NCBI GenBank assembly: GCA_002789635.1
Contig: PFTQ01000044.1
Span: forward strand, 837-54,203
Source: Candidatus Aenigmarchaeota archaeon CG_4_9_14_3_um_filter_37_18
Lineage (GTDB): Archaea > Aenigmatarchaeota > Aenigmatarchaeia > CG10238-14
Reading direction: 5' to 3'
DNA length: 53,367 nucleotides
Shown: positions 41,993 through 51,867 of the stretch, in pieces
Layout of the letters: the number at the start of each line of letters is the position of its first letter
How positions within the stretch are numbered: position 1 is the first letter of the stretch
Position numbers and translations under genes: made by a program
The notes under the pieces: model-generated
What the model was told of the DNA's origin: nothing
The model's database searches: none
What the model saw: the letters and a program-made list of their open reading frames with translations, nothing else

Positions 41993-43399
41993 GTGGAAAA
42001 AATGGAAATAAAACTTTTCAACACAATGGGTCGCCAAAAGCAAGTATTCGAACCAATTATTCCAGGAGAAGTTAAGCTTTACGCCTGTGGCCCAACTGTT
42101 TATGATTACGCCCATATAGGCCATTTCTTTGCTTACGTGTTCGTAGACACTTTAGTGAGGATGTTAAAATACAATGGATTGAAAGTAACCCATGTCATGA
42201 ATATAACAGATGTTGGACACCTAACAGATGATGCTGATGAAGGGGAAGATAAAATAGAAAGAAAAGCGGAAACAGAAAAGAAAAGCGTCTGGGAGATTTC
42301 CGAATACTACACAAAAGATTTTTTTGATGCAATGGAAAAATTGAATGTTGAAAAGCCAGATATTGTATGCAAAGCAACAGACCATATTGAAGATATGATC
42401 AACCTTGTTAAGAAAATAGAAGAAAATGGGTATACTTACAAAACATCTGACGGAATATATTTTGACACTTCTAAACTTCAGGACTATGGTAAACTTGCTG
42501 GATTGAATATTGAAGGTTTAAAAGAGGGAGCGAGAGTTGAAAAAAACCCTGAAAAGAAAAACCACACTGATTTTGCCCTATGGAAATTTTCTCCAAAAGA
42601 CAAGAAGAGACAGATGGAATGGAAGTCCCCTTTTGGTAAGGGCTTTCCTGGCTGGCATATTGAATGCTCTGCAATGTCAATGCGGTATTTAGGGGAAACT
42701 TTCGACATCCACACTGGCGGCATAGACCACATACCAGTCCACCATACAAACGAAATAGCGCAGTCAGAAGCCGCAACTGGAAAGAATTTTGTCAGCTACT
42801 GGGTGCATAACAACTTTATCACAACCAATGGAGAAAAAATGAGCAAATCAAAAGGCAATTTTTATGCGATGAAAGATATTGAAGAGAATAAGATAGACCC
42901 GCTGGCAATAAGATACTTGTTCTTAACTGCGAATTACAGGACGCAATTGAACTTTACTTGGGAAAGCGCAGAATCAGCCGAAAACACTTTAAACACTTTG
43001 AGGGAACATATGAGATTGCTGCAAGAGCCAGATAACAGGCAAAGCAGCTTTGAAAAAATCGAAGAATACAAGCAAAAATTCCTAGGGTTTATTAATGACG
43101 ATTTAAACACACCAGAGGCTCTATCATTGATGTGGAAGTTAATAAGGGAAGAAAAGGAAATCAGCAGCAAGGACAAGTATGAGTTGATACTAGACTTTGA
43201 CAGGGTTTTTGGCTTAAAGCTGAATGAAATAAGAATAGAAGAAAAAATACCAGAAAAAATCCAAAAATTAATTGTAGATAGGGAAGAAGCCAGAGAAAAC
43301 AAAAATTATGAAAAAGCGGATAAGATAAGGGATAAGATAAAAGAAATGGGTTATGATCTTCAAGACGCAAAGGATAGGGTTAAGGTAAGAAAGGTATGA
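41993..43399 (+). CDS. cysS: cysteinyl-tRNA synthetase
   Basis: CGPTVYDYAHIGH (HIGH), GWHIECS, KMSKS. The start may be ATG 42002. Confidence 0.93.
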   Translation: MEKMEIKLFNTMGRQKQVFEPIIPGEVKLYACGPTVYDYAHIGHFFAYVFVDTLVRMLKYNGLKVTHVMNITDVGHLTDDADEGEDKIERKAETEKKSVWEISEYYTKDFFDAMEKLNVEKPDIVCKATDHIEDMINLVKKIEENGYTYKTSDGIYFDTSKLQDYGKLAGLNIEGLKEGARVEKNPEKKNHTDFALWKFSPKDKKRQMEWKSPFGKGFPGWHIECSAMSMRYLGETFDIHTGGIDHIPVHHTNEIAQSEAATGKNFVSYWVHNNFITTNGEKMSKSKGNFYAMKDIEENKIDPLAIRYLFLTANYRTQLNFTWESAESAENTLNTLREHMRLLQEPDNRQSSFEKIEEYKQKFLGFINDDLNTPEALSLMWKLIREEKEISSKDKYELILDFDRVFGLKLNEIRIEEKIPEKIQKLIVDREEARENKNYEKADKIRDKIKEMGYDLQDAKDRVKVRKV

Positions 43400-43404
43400 A
43401 TTAA

Positions 43405-43686
43405 ATGCAAGGAACATGCTCAAGGTGAGAACAACTTTACAAACAAGTTAATCCGAGTCTTTTTCTCCACCCCGAGAGCTCGCAAGCATCATTACGTTTG
43501 CCTTATAGCTGCTTCCTTCCGGACCTGACTCGTTCAACATACAAACGACCCTGGGAGACGAGGTTTCTCAGTCCAAAACCCGGGCTTGAGTGTATCGTTG
43601 AGCTGCCCTTGAACTATGATTTCACCATGAACCGGATTTGTGATAACAGGAGACCGGTAGCCTCCCAACCAGCGGTTCCTTGCAAT
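43405..43686 (-). ncRNA. ffs: signal recognition particle RNA (archaeal 7S type)
   Basis: The reverse strand contains the universally conserved domain IV sequence GTCAGGTCCGGAAGGAAGCAGC (plus strand gctgcttccttccggacctgac). TGCAAGGAAC at 43406..43415 and GTTCCTTGCA at 43675..43684 (both as plus-strand sequence) are reverse complements, so the two RNA termini pair to form the closing helix. The segment is markedly more GC-rich than its surroundings. Ends are approximate. Confidence 0.8.
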
Positions 43687-43722
43687 AGATAATATTGTAA
43701 TCATCCTTAAATAAGTTGATGT

Positions 43723-44265
43723 TTATACCTGAAAAATAGAAATCAAGGCTTCCCCTAACTTCCAGAAATAGAATATATTTATACCAAAAGTTATTAGATT
43801 TACAAACAATTCTTGGCCAAAATCTGATTCTGTGATTGATCTGATAATAACAACTAAACCTCCATACAAAAAGGATAAAATTATAGATTCAGTGATAAAA
43901 TTCAAGTTGAGTGGGATTGAGGCTAAATTCACAAGAAGATTAATAATAAGATAAACAAAAACACTTGGTTTAAAATCTCCAGAAAATATTCCTGGAATGA
44001 AACCTGCCAAAATAACAAACAAAAATGTATAACCAAATCCTAGAGTAGATGTAATTATTATACTTAGAAAAAATACTGGAGTAAAATCTACAGGTATTTG
44101 AAGAAAATAGTTCAAAAAAACAATTAGTCCTGTTAATAATGTTAATCCTATGAAAATTAGTATACTAGGTATTTTTTTAATGAGTAGAAATAACAGTAAG
44201 GTTACAGCAAAAAACAATAATAAATATTTTATGTCTGATTTTTCTAATTTCATAAATAATGACAT
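43723..44265 (-). CDS. polytopic membrane protein, unknown function
   Basis: About 6 TM helices. Start trimmed to ATG 44265 to avoid overlap with the divergent gene. Confidence 0.5.
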   Translation of the reverse strand: MSLFMKLEKSDIKYLLLFFAVTLLLFLLIKKIPSILIFIGLTLLTGLIVFLNYFLQIPVDFTPVFFLSIIITSTLGFGYTFLFVILAGFIPGIFSGDFKPSVFVYLIINLLVNLASIPLNLNFITESIILSFLYGGLVVIIRSITESDFGQELFVNLITFGINIFYFWKLGEALISIFQV

Positions 44266-44296
44266 GAATTTAATTGTGAAAAAATAAATATAATCT

Positions 44297-45661
44297 ATGT
44301 TTCTTGAAACTTTTTTCAACCCTAAATCCGTAGCAATAATAGGGGCTTCGCATAAGCCAGGGAAGATCGGGTATGTTGTTTTTACCAATTTCTTAAGCGG
44401 CTTGTTCAACGGAAAAGTCTATCCTATCAACCAAGACACATCTCCTATTCTAGGGCACAAAGTGTATGATTCTATTTCTAACATTCCAGGAAGCATTGAT
44501 TTGGCGGTGATAGTTGTGCCTACAAAATTTGTTCAAGGAGTTTTATCAGAGTGTGCAAAAAAAGGTGTAAAGTCTGTTATTATCATAAGCAGCGGATTCT
44601 CGGAAATGGGCGAAGACGGCAAAAGACTGGAAGAAGATCTGAAAAAAAATATCCGTGCAACCAAGACTAGAGTTATAGGCCCGAACTGTTTGGGTGTGTA
44701 TGATTCATCCTCACAAATAGACACGCTATTTCTGTCCAGGAAAAGATGCGGCAGGCCTGACCAAGGCAACATCGCTTTCATTTCCCAGTCCGGGGCAGTT
44801 GGATCGACTATACTTGATTGGCTGTCAGAAGAGAATATTGGAATGAGCAAATTCATCTCTTATGGAAACGGTATGGATGTTGATGAGAGCGACTTGATAG
44901 AGTATCTTGGAAATGACAGCAAAACAAAAGTCATTACTGCTTATATTGAAGGGTTGAAGGGTGATGGAAAAAAATTCATGAACATATGCAAGAATGTGTC
45001 AAGAAAAAAGCCTGTGATTATTCTAAAGGCAGGAAAAACCAAGAAGGGAACAGAAGCGGTCTCCTCGCATACAGGATCTCTTGCAGGATCTGGAAGGATT
45101 TATTCCGCAGCTTTCAAACAATCTGGCGTGATCGAAGCAGAGACCTGGCAGGAGCTATTTGATTATGCACGAGCTTTTTCCAGCCAGCCAATTCCTGAAG
45201 GTGAAAAAATCCTTATTGTAACAGATGGCGGCGGCTTCGGAGTTTTAGCCACGGATGAAAGTGAACGCTCCAGTCTTGAATTGCCTAAACCATCAGAAAA
45301 ACTAAAAAATAGAATAAAACATGTGATGCCGCCTTATGCTATCCTTAAAAATCCGATCGACTTGACAGGGGACGCTGATGCTAAAAGGTATAAAGTAACA
45401 ATAGAAGAAGCGCTTAAGTCAGGTGAATATGATGGAATAATTGCTATAACACTGTTCCAAGTCCCAACATTAGAAGAAGATGTTGTCGATCAGCTCATTG
45501 AATTGAAGAAGTATAAGAAGCCCATTATTGCATGCGCTGCTGGGGGAAATTATTCCAACAAACTTAGCGAAAAATTAACTAAAGGCGGAGTCCCTGTTTA
45601 TCCTACCCCAGAAAGGGCTGTTAAAGCTATGAAAGCTTTAGCTGAATATGGAAAAAAATAG
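44297..45661 (+). CDS. ADP-forming acetyl-CoA synthetase alpha-type subunit (CoA-binding plus CoA-ligase domains)
   Basis: FFNPKSVAIIGASHKPGKIG, VYPINQ, DLAVIVVP, IIISSGFSEMGEDG, ISQSGA, HTGSLAG. Confidence 0.82.
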   Translation: MFLETFFNPKSVAIIGASHKPGKIGYVVFTNFLSGLFNGKVYPINQDTSPILGHKVYDSISNIPGSIDLAVIVVPTKFVQGVLSECAKKGVKSVIIISSGFSEMGEDGKRLEEDLKKNIRATKTRVIGPNCLGVYDSSSQIDTLFLSRKRCGRPDQGNIAFISQSGAVGSTILDWLSEENIGMSKFISYGNGMDVDESDLIEYLGNDSKTKVITAYIEGLKGDGKKFMNICKNVSRKKPVIILKAGKTKKGTEAVSSHTGSLAGSGRIYSAAFKQSGVIEAETWQELFDYARAFSSQPIPEGEKILIVTDGGGFGVLATDESERSSLELPKPSEKLKNRIKHVMPPYAILKNPIDLTGDADAKRYKVTIEEALKSGEYDGIIAITLFQVPTLEEDVVDQLIELKKYKKPIIACAAGGNYSNKLSEKLTKGGVPVYPTPERAVKAMKALAEYGKK

Positions 45662-45695
45662 GATTGTTTTTATTTTCGAAAAATTATAATAGAAT

Positions 45696-47360
45696 GTGCA
45701 AAGAAAATATATTTTTATTTCGGGGGGAGTAATGTCCAGTGTTGGCAAAGGAATAGTAGTTTCTTCTATCTGCCTGCTCCTAAAAAAACATGGTTATAGA
45801 GTTGTCCCGATTAAATGCGAGAACAACCTAAATATCGACTTTGGAACCATTAATCCAATTGAGCATGGGGATCCGTTCTTATGCGAGGATGGGTTAGAGG
45901 CAGATGTTGATTTGGGAAATTACGAGAGATTCCTAAACGAGAACATGGGAAAAGAAAATTTCATAACAATGGGGCAAATATACAAATCTGTAATAGACAG
46001 GGAGAGGTCTATGGGGTACAATGGGGAGGATGTTGAAGCTATACCTCATGTATGCGATGAGATAATCAAAAGAATAAAAGATTCAAGCAAGAAGAAAAAT
46101 GCTGAAATAGTTGTGATAGAGCTTGGCGGGACAGCAGGAGAGTATCAGAATGCCCTTTACTATGAAGCCAGCAGGATAATGGCGCTGAAGGAAGATGTAC
46201 TGCATATCCATGTAAGCTATGTTCCTATACCCCCTCATATAGGCGAACCGAAGACTAAACCCACTCAACTATCCTTCAGGCATCTTATGTCTATGGGAAT
46301 TCAGCCGCATATCATAGTGACTAGGAGCGAGAGCGATATAGATGACCGAAGAAAATACAAGCTTGCTTTGACCTGCAATATTGACCCGAAAGATGTATTT
46401 TCAAATCCTAATGTGGAAACTATCTACAAAGTCCCTCTCATACTTCACAAACAAGGCTTAGACAAAAGAATACTCGAAAAGCTAGGGCTGCCAAAAAAGA
46501 AAATAAACCTAAGGGATTGGGATAACTTAGTGAAGAAAATAACCAGCAAAAAAAGCAAGAAAGTAAAAATATCAATAGTCGGCAAGTATTTTGGGACTGG
46601 AAATTATTCTATGGCAGATTCGTATTTTGCATTGATCGAAGCAATAAAACACTCTTGCTGGAAGCTTGGCGTCGACTCAATGCTCAACTTTGTCAATTCC
46701 GATAAGGATGAAGGAAATATTGAGGAATTAATAGAAGGTTCAGACGGCGTGATAGTGCCGATAGGCTGGGGATCAAGGGGAGTTGAAGGAAAAATAAAAG
46801 CTGTGAAATTTTGCAGGGAAAATAAAATCCCATATTTAGGGCTGTGCTATGGGATGCAATTAGCATGCGTGGAATTCGCTAGAGATGTTATCGGCTGGAA
46901 AAACTCGAATACAGTAGAAGTTGATCCTAACACCAATTATCCCGTCATTCATGCAATACCTTTCAATAAAAAATATCAAGTAATAAAAGGGAATGGTGCG
47001 TCAATGAGGCTTGGGGGCTGCGACTGCATTTTAAAAAAGAATTCCCTCTTGTATGAAATTTATAATAGGCATAACTCATTCAAAGACAAGGAGAAAAGCA
47101 TAGTCTCTGAAAGGCATAGGCACAGGTTTGAATTCAACAATAAATATAGGCAGGATTTTGAAAGGCATGGCTTGGTATTTTCTGGCATGTCTCCAGATGG
47201 CTTCTTTGTAGAGATGATAGAACTGCCGAAATCCAAGCACCCATTCTTTATAGGAACGCAGGGGCATCCGGAATATAAATCCACTCCATTAAAGCCGCAT
47301 CCTATATTTTTAGAATTTATTGAAATTTGCGAAAAAAACCAAAAGAAAACTAACAATTAA
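45696..47360 (+). CDS. pyrG: CTP synthase
   Basis: KYIFISGGVMSSVGKG, ELGGTAGE, GLCYGMQ (GATase Cys), GTQGHPE. Confidence 0.93.
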   Translation: MQRKYIFISGGVMSSVGKGIVVSSICLLLKKHGYRVVPIKCENNLNIDFGTINPIEHGDPFLCEDGLEADVDLGNYERFLNENMGKENFITMGQIYKSVIDRERSMGYNGEDVEAIPHVCDEIIKRIKDSSKKKNAEIVVIELGGTAGEYQNALYYEASRIMALKEDVLHIHVSYVPIPPHIGEPKTKPTQLSFRHLMSMGIQPHIIVTRSESDIDDRRKYKLALTCNIDPKDVFSNPNVETIYKVPLILHKQGLDKRILEKLGLPKKKINLRDWDNLVKKITSKKSKKVKISIVGKYFGTGNYSMADSYFALIEAIKHSCWKLGVDSMLNFVNSDKDEGNIEELIEGSDGVIVPIGWGSRGVEGKIKAVKFCRENKIPYLGLCYGMQLACVEFARDVIGWKNSNTVEVDPNTNYPVIHAIPFNKKYQVIKGNGASMRLGGCDCILKKNSLLYEIYNRHNSFKDKEKSIVSERHRHRFEFNNKYRQDFERHGLVFSGMSPDGFFVEMIELPKSKHPFFIGTQGHPEYKSTPLKPHPIFLEFIEICEKNQKKTNN

Positions 47361-48027
47361 TATTCTTGATCTTTTCATCGCTGCTTGGAGTTTTGACGCA
47401 AGTATCTTCATTCAGGCAGCAAACAACCTTCTCATTATTATCTAAATAATAGTAATTCATGCCGGCTGACCCGCAAGCGCTCTTGGCATAATTGCAAGCT
47501 AAATTATCAATGTCGCTTTTAAGGCTGTTGTAGTTGTCCTTCAAGGAATTATACTCGGATTCCTTTTTCTTTAAGTCTTCATTTGCTAGCTGTATGTCAG
47601 AAGCCAAACCTAATTTATCCTCATTGCAAATACCTAGATTATTCTTTGTGCTCTCATAACTGAGCGTTATTTTTGAAAGCTCTCCTTTTGTTTCTTCCAG
47701 AGTTGATTCGGTGGTCTGAAGGTCAGAGCTGCATTTTGTTAACTTTCCCGCGGAATCATCCAGTTCAGTTTTCAAGCTGTCAATCTCTTTTGTTTTAATC
47801 AGGTTGTCGCTCTGCAGGGTGTTGATCTTGCCGGTATATGCTATGTAGCCGGATATAGTTCCAGTGACTAGAAGAAAGCCAAGAGCAACAGCTGTAATTG
47901 TGACTTTATTGAGTTTAATGTTTTTAAGGCTGGAGCTGCCGAGCTTTTCTTGGATCTTTTGTTTTATCTGGTTGAATTTTTCCTTGAGATTTAAGCCTTT
48001 ATTTTCTTCGCCATATGGTTCATACAT
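47350..48027 (-). CDS. membrane-anchored coiled-coil protein with a Cys-rich C-terminus
   Basis: Short cytoplasmic N-terminus, TM segment ITAVALGFLLVTGTISGYIAY, an external heptad region, then 7 Cys. Confidence 0.55.
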   Translation of the reverse strand: MYEPYGEENKGLNLKEKFNQIKQKIQEKLGSSSLKNIKLNKVTITAVALGFLLVTGTISGYIAYTGKINTLQSDNLIKTKEIDSLKTELDDSAGKLTKCSSDLQTTESTLEETKGELSKITLSYESTKNNLGICNEDKLGLASDIQLANEDLKKKESEYNSLKDNYNSLKSDIDNLACNYAKSACGSAGMNYYYLDNNEKVVCCLNEDTCVKTPSSDEKIKNINC

Positions 48028-48065
48028 ATTATCTAATTGATTTTAGAAATCCAGTTATAAATAAA

Positions 48066-48344
48066 TTACTTTAAAGCCCTGAGAAACTCTTTTTCTAGAT
48101 CCTTGACCTTGACTTCTATTCTTTTTCCTGCATCTGCTAAAGCTTTTTCAGGCTTGCTCTTGCCTTTCATCTTCATGAATAATTTAGGCTGCTCCATGTA
48201 TGGGTGCTCTTTTATAGGGGCGGCCTCAGAAATATTGGCATCATTCCAGAGCTCTTCTGAAAGAAGGTTGGCAAATGTCTTGCTTTCCCCTTCCAATTCT
48301 AGCATGAGTATCCCGCTTTCATCCTTGATTTTTTTGACTTCCAT
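48066..48344 (-). CDS. rpoL: DNA-directed RNA polymerase subunit L (Rpo11)
   Basis: L.LELEGES.TFANLLSEELWND..I..AA..KEHPYMEQPKLFMK. Confidence 0.8.
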   Translation of the reverse strand: MEVKKIKDESGILMLELEGESKTFANLLSEELWNDANISEAAPIKEHPYMEQPKLFMKMKGKSKPEKALADAGKRIEVKVKDLEKEFLRALK

Positions 48345-48428
48345 TCAACCACCAGGCTCTAAATTATGTTAACCTATAAGTTTTTAAATATAACAGAGAA
48401 CCAAATAATTAATATAAGAGGAGATAAA

Positions 48429-50291
48429 ATGAGAAAATATGTGTTAATCTGTGTTTTAGCCGTTCTATTTAGCTTGGGGGTTGTTTTAGGAGGAAATTAT
48501 AATATGATGGTTGGTAATACTGCTGAAATTAACGGAAACACTATAAGTCTCGAAAATGTGGGTAGTTCTGGTGTTGTTAGATTAAATATCAACGGTGTTT
48601 CATATTCAGTTGAAGGGACGGAAAAACATGCTGGCTTTGAAATTACTGTTGTTAATTATACTTATGATGAAATTTTGGTGAATAGAAAAGCTACATTAAA
48701 CATTTCCATTTATGTGGCTCCAGGAAAAGTTTTAATGGTTGGGCAAAGCGATACAACACATGATAAAACTGTCACTTTGAATAATGTTGGTAGTACAGGT
48801 TCAGTAAGAGTTTTTGTAATTGACAATAGTGAAACTGAAATATGCACTATTACTGGAACCGAAATATGTAGTGGGATAAAAATAACAGTTGTGGATTTTT
48901 ATTATGACGAATATCTTAAAAATAGATGGGCTAAGTTAAGTTTTGAAGAAGAATGTTTTGACAGCGATGGAGAGAATTACTATGAAAAAGGCTATTGTAA
49001 AACAACAAGACCAAATGAACTATATTATGATTTCTGCATAGATAATTCAAAACTAGCTGAGTATCATTGTATTGGTGAAGGGGTTAGTTCAACCTGTGCT
49101 TATTTAACTTCTGGTGTTTATTGCAAAAACGGATGCAGAGACGGAGCCTGCCTTGATTATAACAAAAAAATCTCAATATCTGATTTGACATGTAATAATG
49201 GCAAAATAACTATGAAATTAAAGAACGAAGGCGGTTTAGATATAACTCATGCTGATCTAAAGGTACTCATAGATAATGTGGATGTTTCTGAAGAAATGTA
49301 TTTTGGAGTAATCTATGTTGGGTCAACTTTCACATCTTTTATAGATAAAGGGTATACAGGCAAACATATTATACTTGCAGTTGCACCAAGTAATTCTGTC
49401 AGGCAAACAGTCTATTGTCAAGGTGCGGTAACTACTACAACTGTAGCTTCTTCTATATGCACCGACTCTGATGGCGGAAAAGATTATTATACGAAAGGAA
49501 CAACTCTGATTAAGGGGAGTCAATATGCAACTGATTTTTGTTGGAATTATGATGAGGGAAAATATGGATCTTGTGAAGGTAATGAAGAAGGCTGTGTTCT
49601 TGTGGAACATTCTTGTAAAGACTATTGGGATGGCACTTATGGTTATGGGTGGAAAGAAAAATATAAATGTCCTAATGGGTGCAAAGATGGAGCTTGTATA
49701 AAAGAAACTACTGAATGTAGAATAGATGAAGACTGTCCAAAATTAGTGTGTATAAAAGCACCTTGCCCACAATACAAATGTTTAGATGGAAAGTGTGTTC
49801 TAGAATATTCTACTACAACAACTCTGCCAAAAACTGATGAGAAGATGTGCAAAGAAGGTGGCGGTGAATGGAAGCAATTCGGCAGCGGATGCCATGATGA
49901 ATGCTGGATTGTAAGATCAAAAGAGCCTGTTAAATGCACTATGGCGCTTTCTTATGGATGTGACTGTGGGGATGATAAATGCTGGAATGGGAGGTCATGT
50001 GAAGACAATTACCCGACCTCAAGTACAACCATTCCAATTAACAGATGCCCAAATGGCTGTTTAATGAATGATATTTGCCTGCCTTTTGGAAACAGAGTTA
50101 AAGTCGAAAGTACTCCATCTTACTGTGACATTGACAAAACAATTAAGCCGCAAAAAGAGATGGAAGACTCTTGCATGAACGATTATGAATGCCTAAGTAA
50201 TGATTGTTCAGACAGTAAATGTGTAAGTACTTACAGTCTTCTCCAGAAGATATGGGAATTTCTTAAGAACATTTTTAGTTTCAGGAGTTAG
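48429..50291 (+). CDS. secreted protein with two copies of a beta-rich module followed by a long Cys-rich region
   Basis: Start MRKYVLICVLAVLFSLGVVLG follows GAGGAGAT. The module NGNTISLENVGSSGVVRLNINGVSYSV...GFEITVVNYTYDE is repeated. More than 50 Cys follow. Confidence 0.7.
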   Translation: MRKYVLICVLAVLFSLGVVLGGNYNMMVGNTAEINGNTISLENVGSSGVVRLNINGVSYSVEGTEKHAGFEITVVNYTYDEILVNRKATLNISIYVAPGKVLMVGQSDTTHDKTVTLNNVGSTGSVRVFVIDNSETEICTITGTEICSGIKITVVDFYYDEYLKNRWAKLSFEEECFDSDGENYYEKGYCKTTRPNELYYDFCIDNSKLAEYHCIGEGVSSTCAYLTSGVYCKNGCRDGACLDYNKKISISDLTCNNGKITMKLKNEGGLDITHADLKVLIDNVDVSEEMYFGVIYVGSTFTSFIDKGYTGKHIILAVAPSNSVRQTVYCQGAVTTTTVASSICTDSDGGKDYYTKGTTLIKGSQYATDFCWNYDEGKYGSCEGNEEGCVLVEHSCKDYWDGTYGYGWKEKYKCPNGCKDGACIKETTECRIDEDCPKLVCIKAPCPQYKCLDGKCVLEYSTTTTLPKTDEKMCKEGGGEWKQFGSGCHDECWIVRSKEPVKCTMALSYGCDCGDDKCWNGRSCEDNYPTSSTTIPINRCPNGCLMNDICLPFGNRVKVESTPSYCDIDKTIKPQKEMEDSCMNDYECLSNDCSDSKCVSTYSLLQKIWEFLKNIFSFRS

Positions 50292-50334
50292 CAACATATC
50301 GAAAATAATAAGATGAGACAAAAATCTTTTAAAT

Positions 50335-51054
50335 ATGACAGAAACCCAAATTATGGGTAGTGATATTGTGAAAAAATATATTATTTTTGGTCTTTTAGCG
50401 ATTTTTCTGGTTTTAGGGGTGTTCTATATCAAAGCTTCTCAATCCAAGACAGGAAAAGCTTCAGCAGTAGATGGGAACGACTATACCCTAGGGATAGGTG
50501 AAAGTGTTATTATAAATGGGAATAATATACAACTGCAAGATGTTGACAGTCAAGGTAATGTAAAACTTTATATCAACAGCATCCGTTACACAGTGAAAGA
50601 TTATGGGGAATTTGCTGGGTTTGCAATCAGCATTGTTGATTATAATTATGATGATTCTAAAGTTGGAAGAAAAGTTACATTTCATATTTCTCCGTATAAG
50701 CCTGATGGGGCTTTAATGATTGGTGGGAGTACTGTGACCAAAGGAAAAACAATTATTATAGATGATGTATCTTCATCCGGGATCATAAAGATTCAAGTTG
50801 GGGGGAAAGCTTATGAGATCAGTGAATCTGGCGTCTATGATGGTGTTGATATTATATTAGATGATTTTTACTACACTTATAACCAAGAAGAAAGGTGGGT
50901 CAAATTAAGCTTTAGGGAAGATATTATTACTACGACCACCACCGAAAAAGTCGAGATCCAAAAAACAACAACTACTTCCTTCAAACCTCCAGAGCAGGAT
51001 TATAACTTCTTTCAAATAATACTTAACTGGGTTTCCGGTCTATTTTCTCGTTGA
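50335..51054 (+). CDS. secreted/anchored paralog carrying the same duplicated beta-rich module, without the Cys-rich region
   Basis: INGNNIQLQDVDSQGNVKLYINSIRYTV..YGEFAGFAISIVDYNYDD and a second copy. Thr-rich tail ITTTTTEKVEIQKTTTT. Confidence 0.65.
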   Translation: MTETQIMGSDIVKKYIIFGLLAIFLVLGVFYIKASQSKTGKASAVDGNDYTLGIGESVIINGNNIQLQDVDSQGNVKLYINSIRYTVKDYGEFAGFAISIVDYNYDDSKVGRKVTFHISPYKPDGALMIGGSTVTKGKTIIIDDVSSSGIIKIQVGGKAYEISESGVYDGVDIILDDFYYTYNQEERWVKLSFREDIITTTTTEKVEIQKTTTTSFKPPEQDYNFFQIILNWVSGLFSR

Positions 51055-51681
51055 TTGTTTTCTGATGACATACAAATCTACATCAAAGCTGACAGCGGGT
51101 TTTTTGTGGAACTTAAACATGCAAGGGACTCGAAAACTGAATTTCTTTATACTATCCACTTTCCCGCCATACTTCTCAACATATCTTGTCAGGAACATCC
51201 TTGACTTTGAGTAGGACCGATGCAATGAATAAATAATACTACCGCACTCCAAAGCTTTCTCAAGGAATATTCTGTCTGCGTGTTCTTTCTGTATTCCAAA
51301 AGGCGGGTTCTGAATTACTGTATCTGCATGACCTTTGAACTCTTCTATATCTGAATGAACGAATTGTATTTTTCTCTTGATTTTTTGGGTAGAAAGTTCT
51401 TCTGCTGTTTCGATGTTTTCTTCGGCAACTTGAATTACTTTTTTATCAATGTCAATTCCGATTGCTTTTTTTGCACTCATTAGAGCACAACCTATTGCCA
51501 ATCTTCCAGAACCGCAGCCAAGATCAAGAACAACCTTATCTCTAATATCCCCTGATAACAAGGCTTGATTGATTATTTCAGCTGCTAAATCTCCTGGTAT
51601 TTCATATTGCTCTAAACTGGGATTAGGGGTAGGATTAGATTTAAGTTGGGAAAGTATTATCGCTAATTGTTTTTTAGACAA
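51040..51681 (-). CDS. N6-adenine-type RNA methyltransferase (METTL5/COG2263-like)
   Basis: VLDLGCGSGRLAIG (motif I) and VIQNPPFG (motif IV, NPPF). Confidence 0.78.
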   Translation of the reverse strand: MSKKQLAIILSQLKSNPTPNPSLEQYEIPGDLAAEIINQALLSGDIRDKVVLDLGCGSGRLAIGCALMSAKKAIGIDIDKKVIQVAEENIETAEELSTQKIKRKIQFVHSDIEEFKGHADTVIQNPPFGIQKEHADRIFLEKALECGSIIYSLHRSYSKSRMFLTRYVEKYGGKVDSIKKFSFRVPCMFKFHKKPAVSFDVDLYVIRKQSTRK

Positions 51682-51741
51682 GATAGTATCACCTTAATTA
51701 TATGTTTATATGATAGAAATTTCAATTAATATTTGATAAAA

Positions 51742-51867
51742 ATGTCGAAAAAAATAGAAGTGAAACCGCACTTAAGGCATGTACCAGGGAAGAAAAAACG
51801 AGTTAAAGTTAAAACTCATTTTAGATTAGTAAAGAAAAAAACTCTTAAAAGAATATTTCATGATTAA
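51742..51867 (+). CDS. 41-aa very basic peptide (not in the ORF track)
   Basis: MSKKIEVKPHLRHVPGKKKRVKVKTHFRLVKKKTLKRIFHD. It overlaps the next gene by 8 nt. Confidence 0.35.
   Translation: MSKKIEVKPHLRHVPGKKKRVKVKTHFRLVKKKTLKRIFHD

Noticed and set aside
43498-43692. 64-aa plus-strand ORF
   Set aside because: It lies entirely within the SRP RNA gene. The conserved GGAAGGAAGCAGC domain IV motif is on the other strand.
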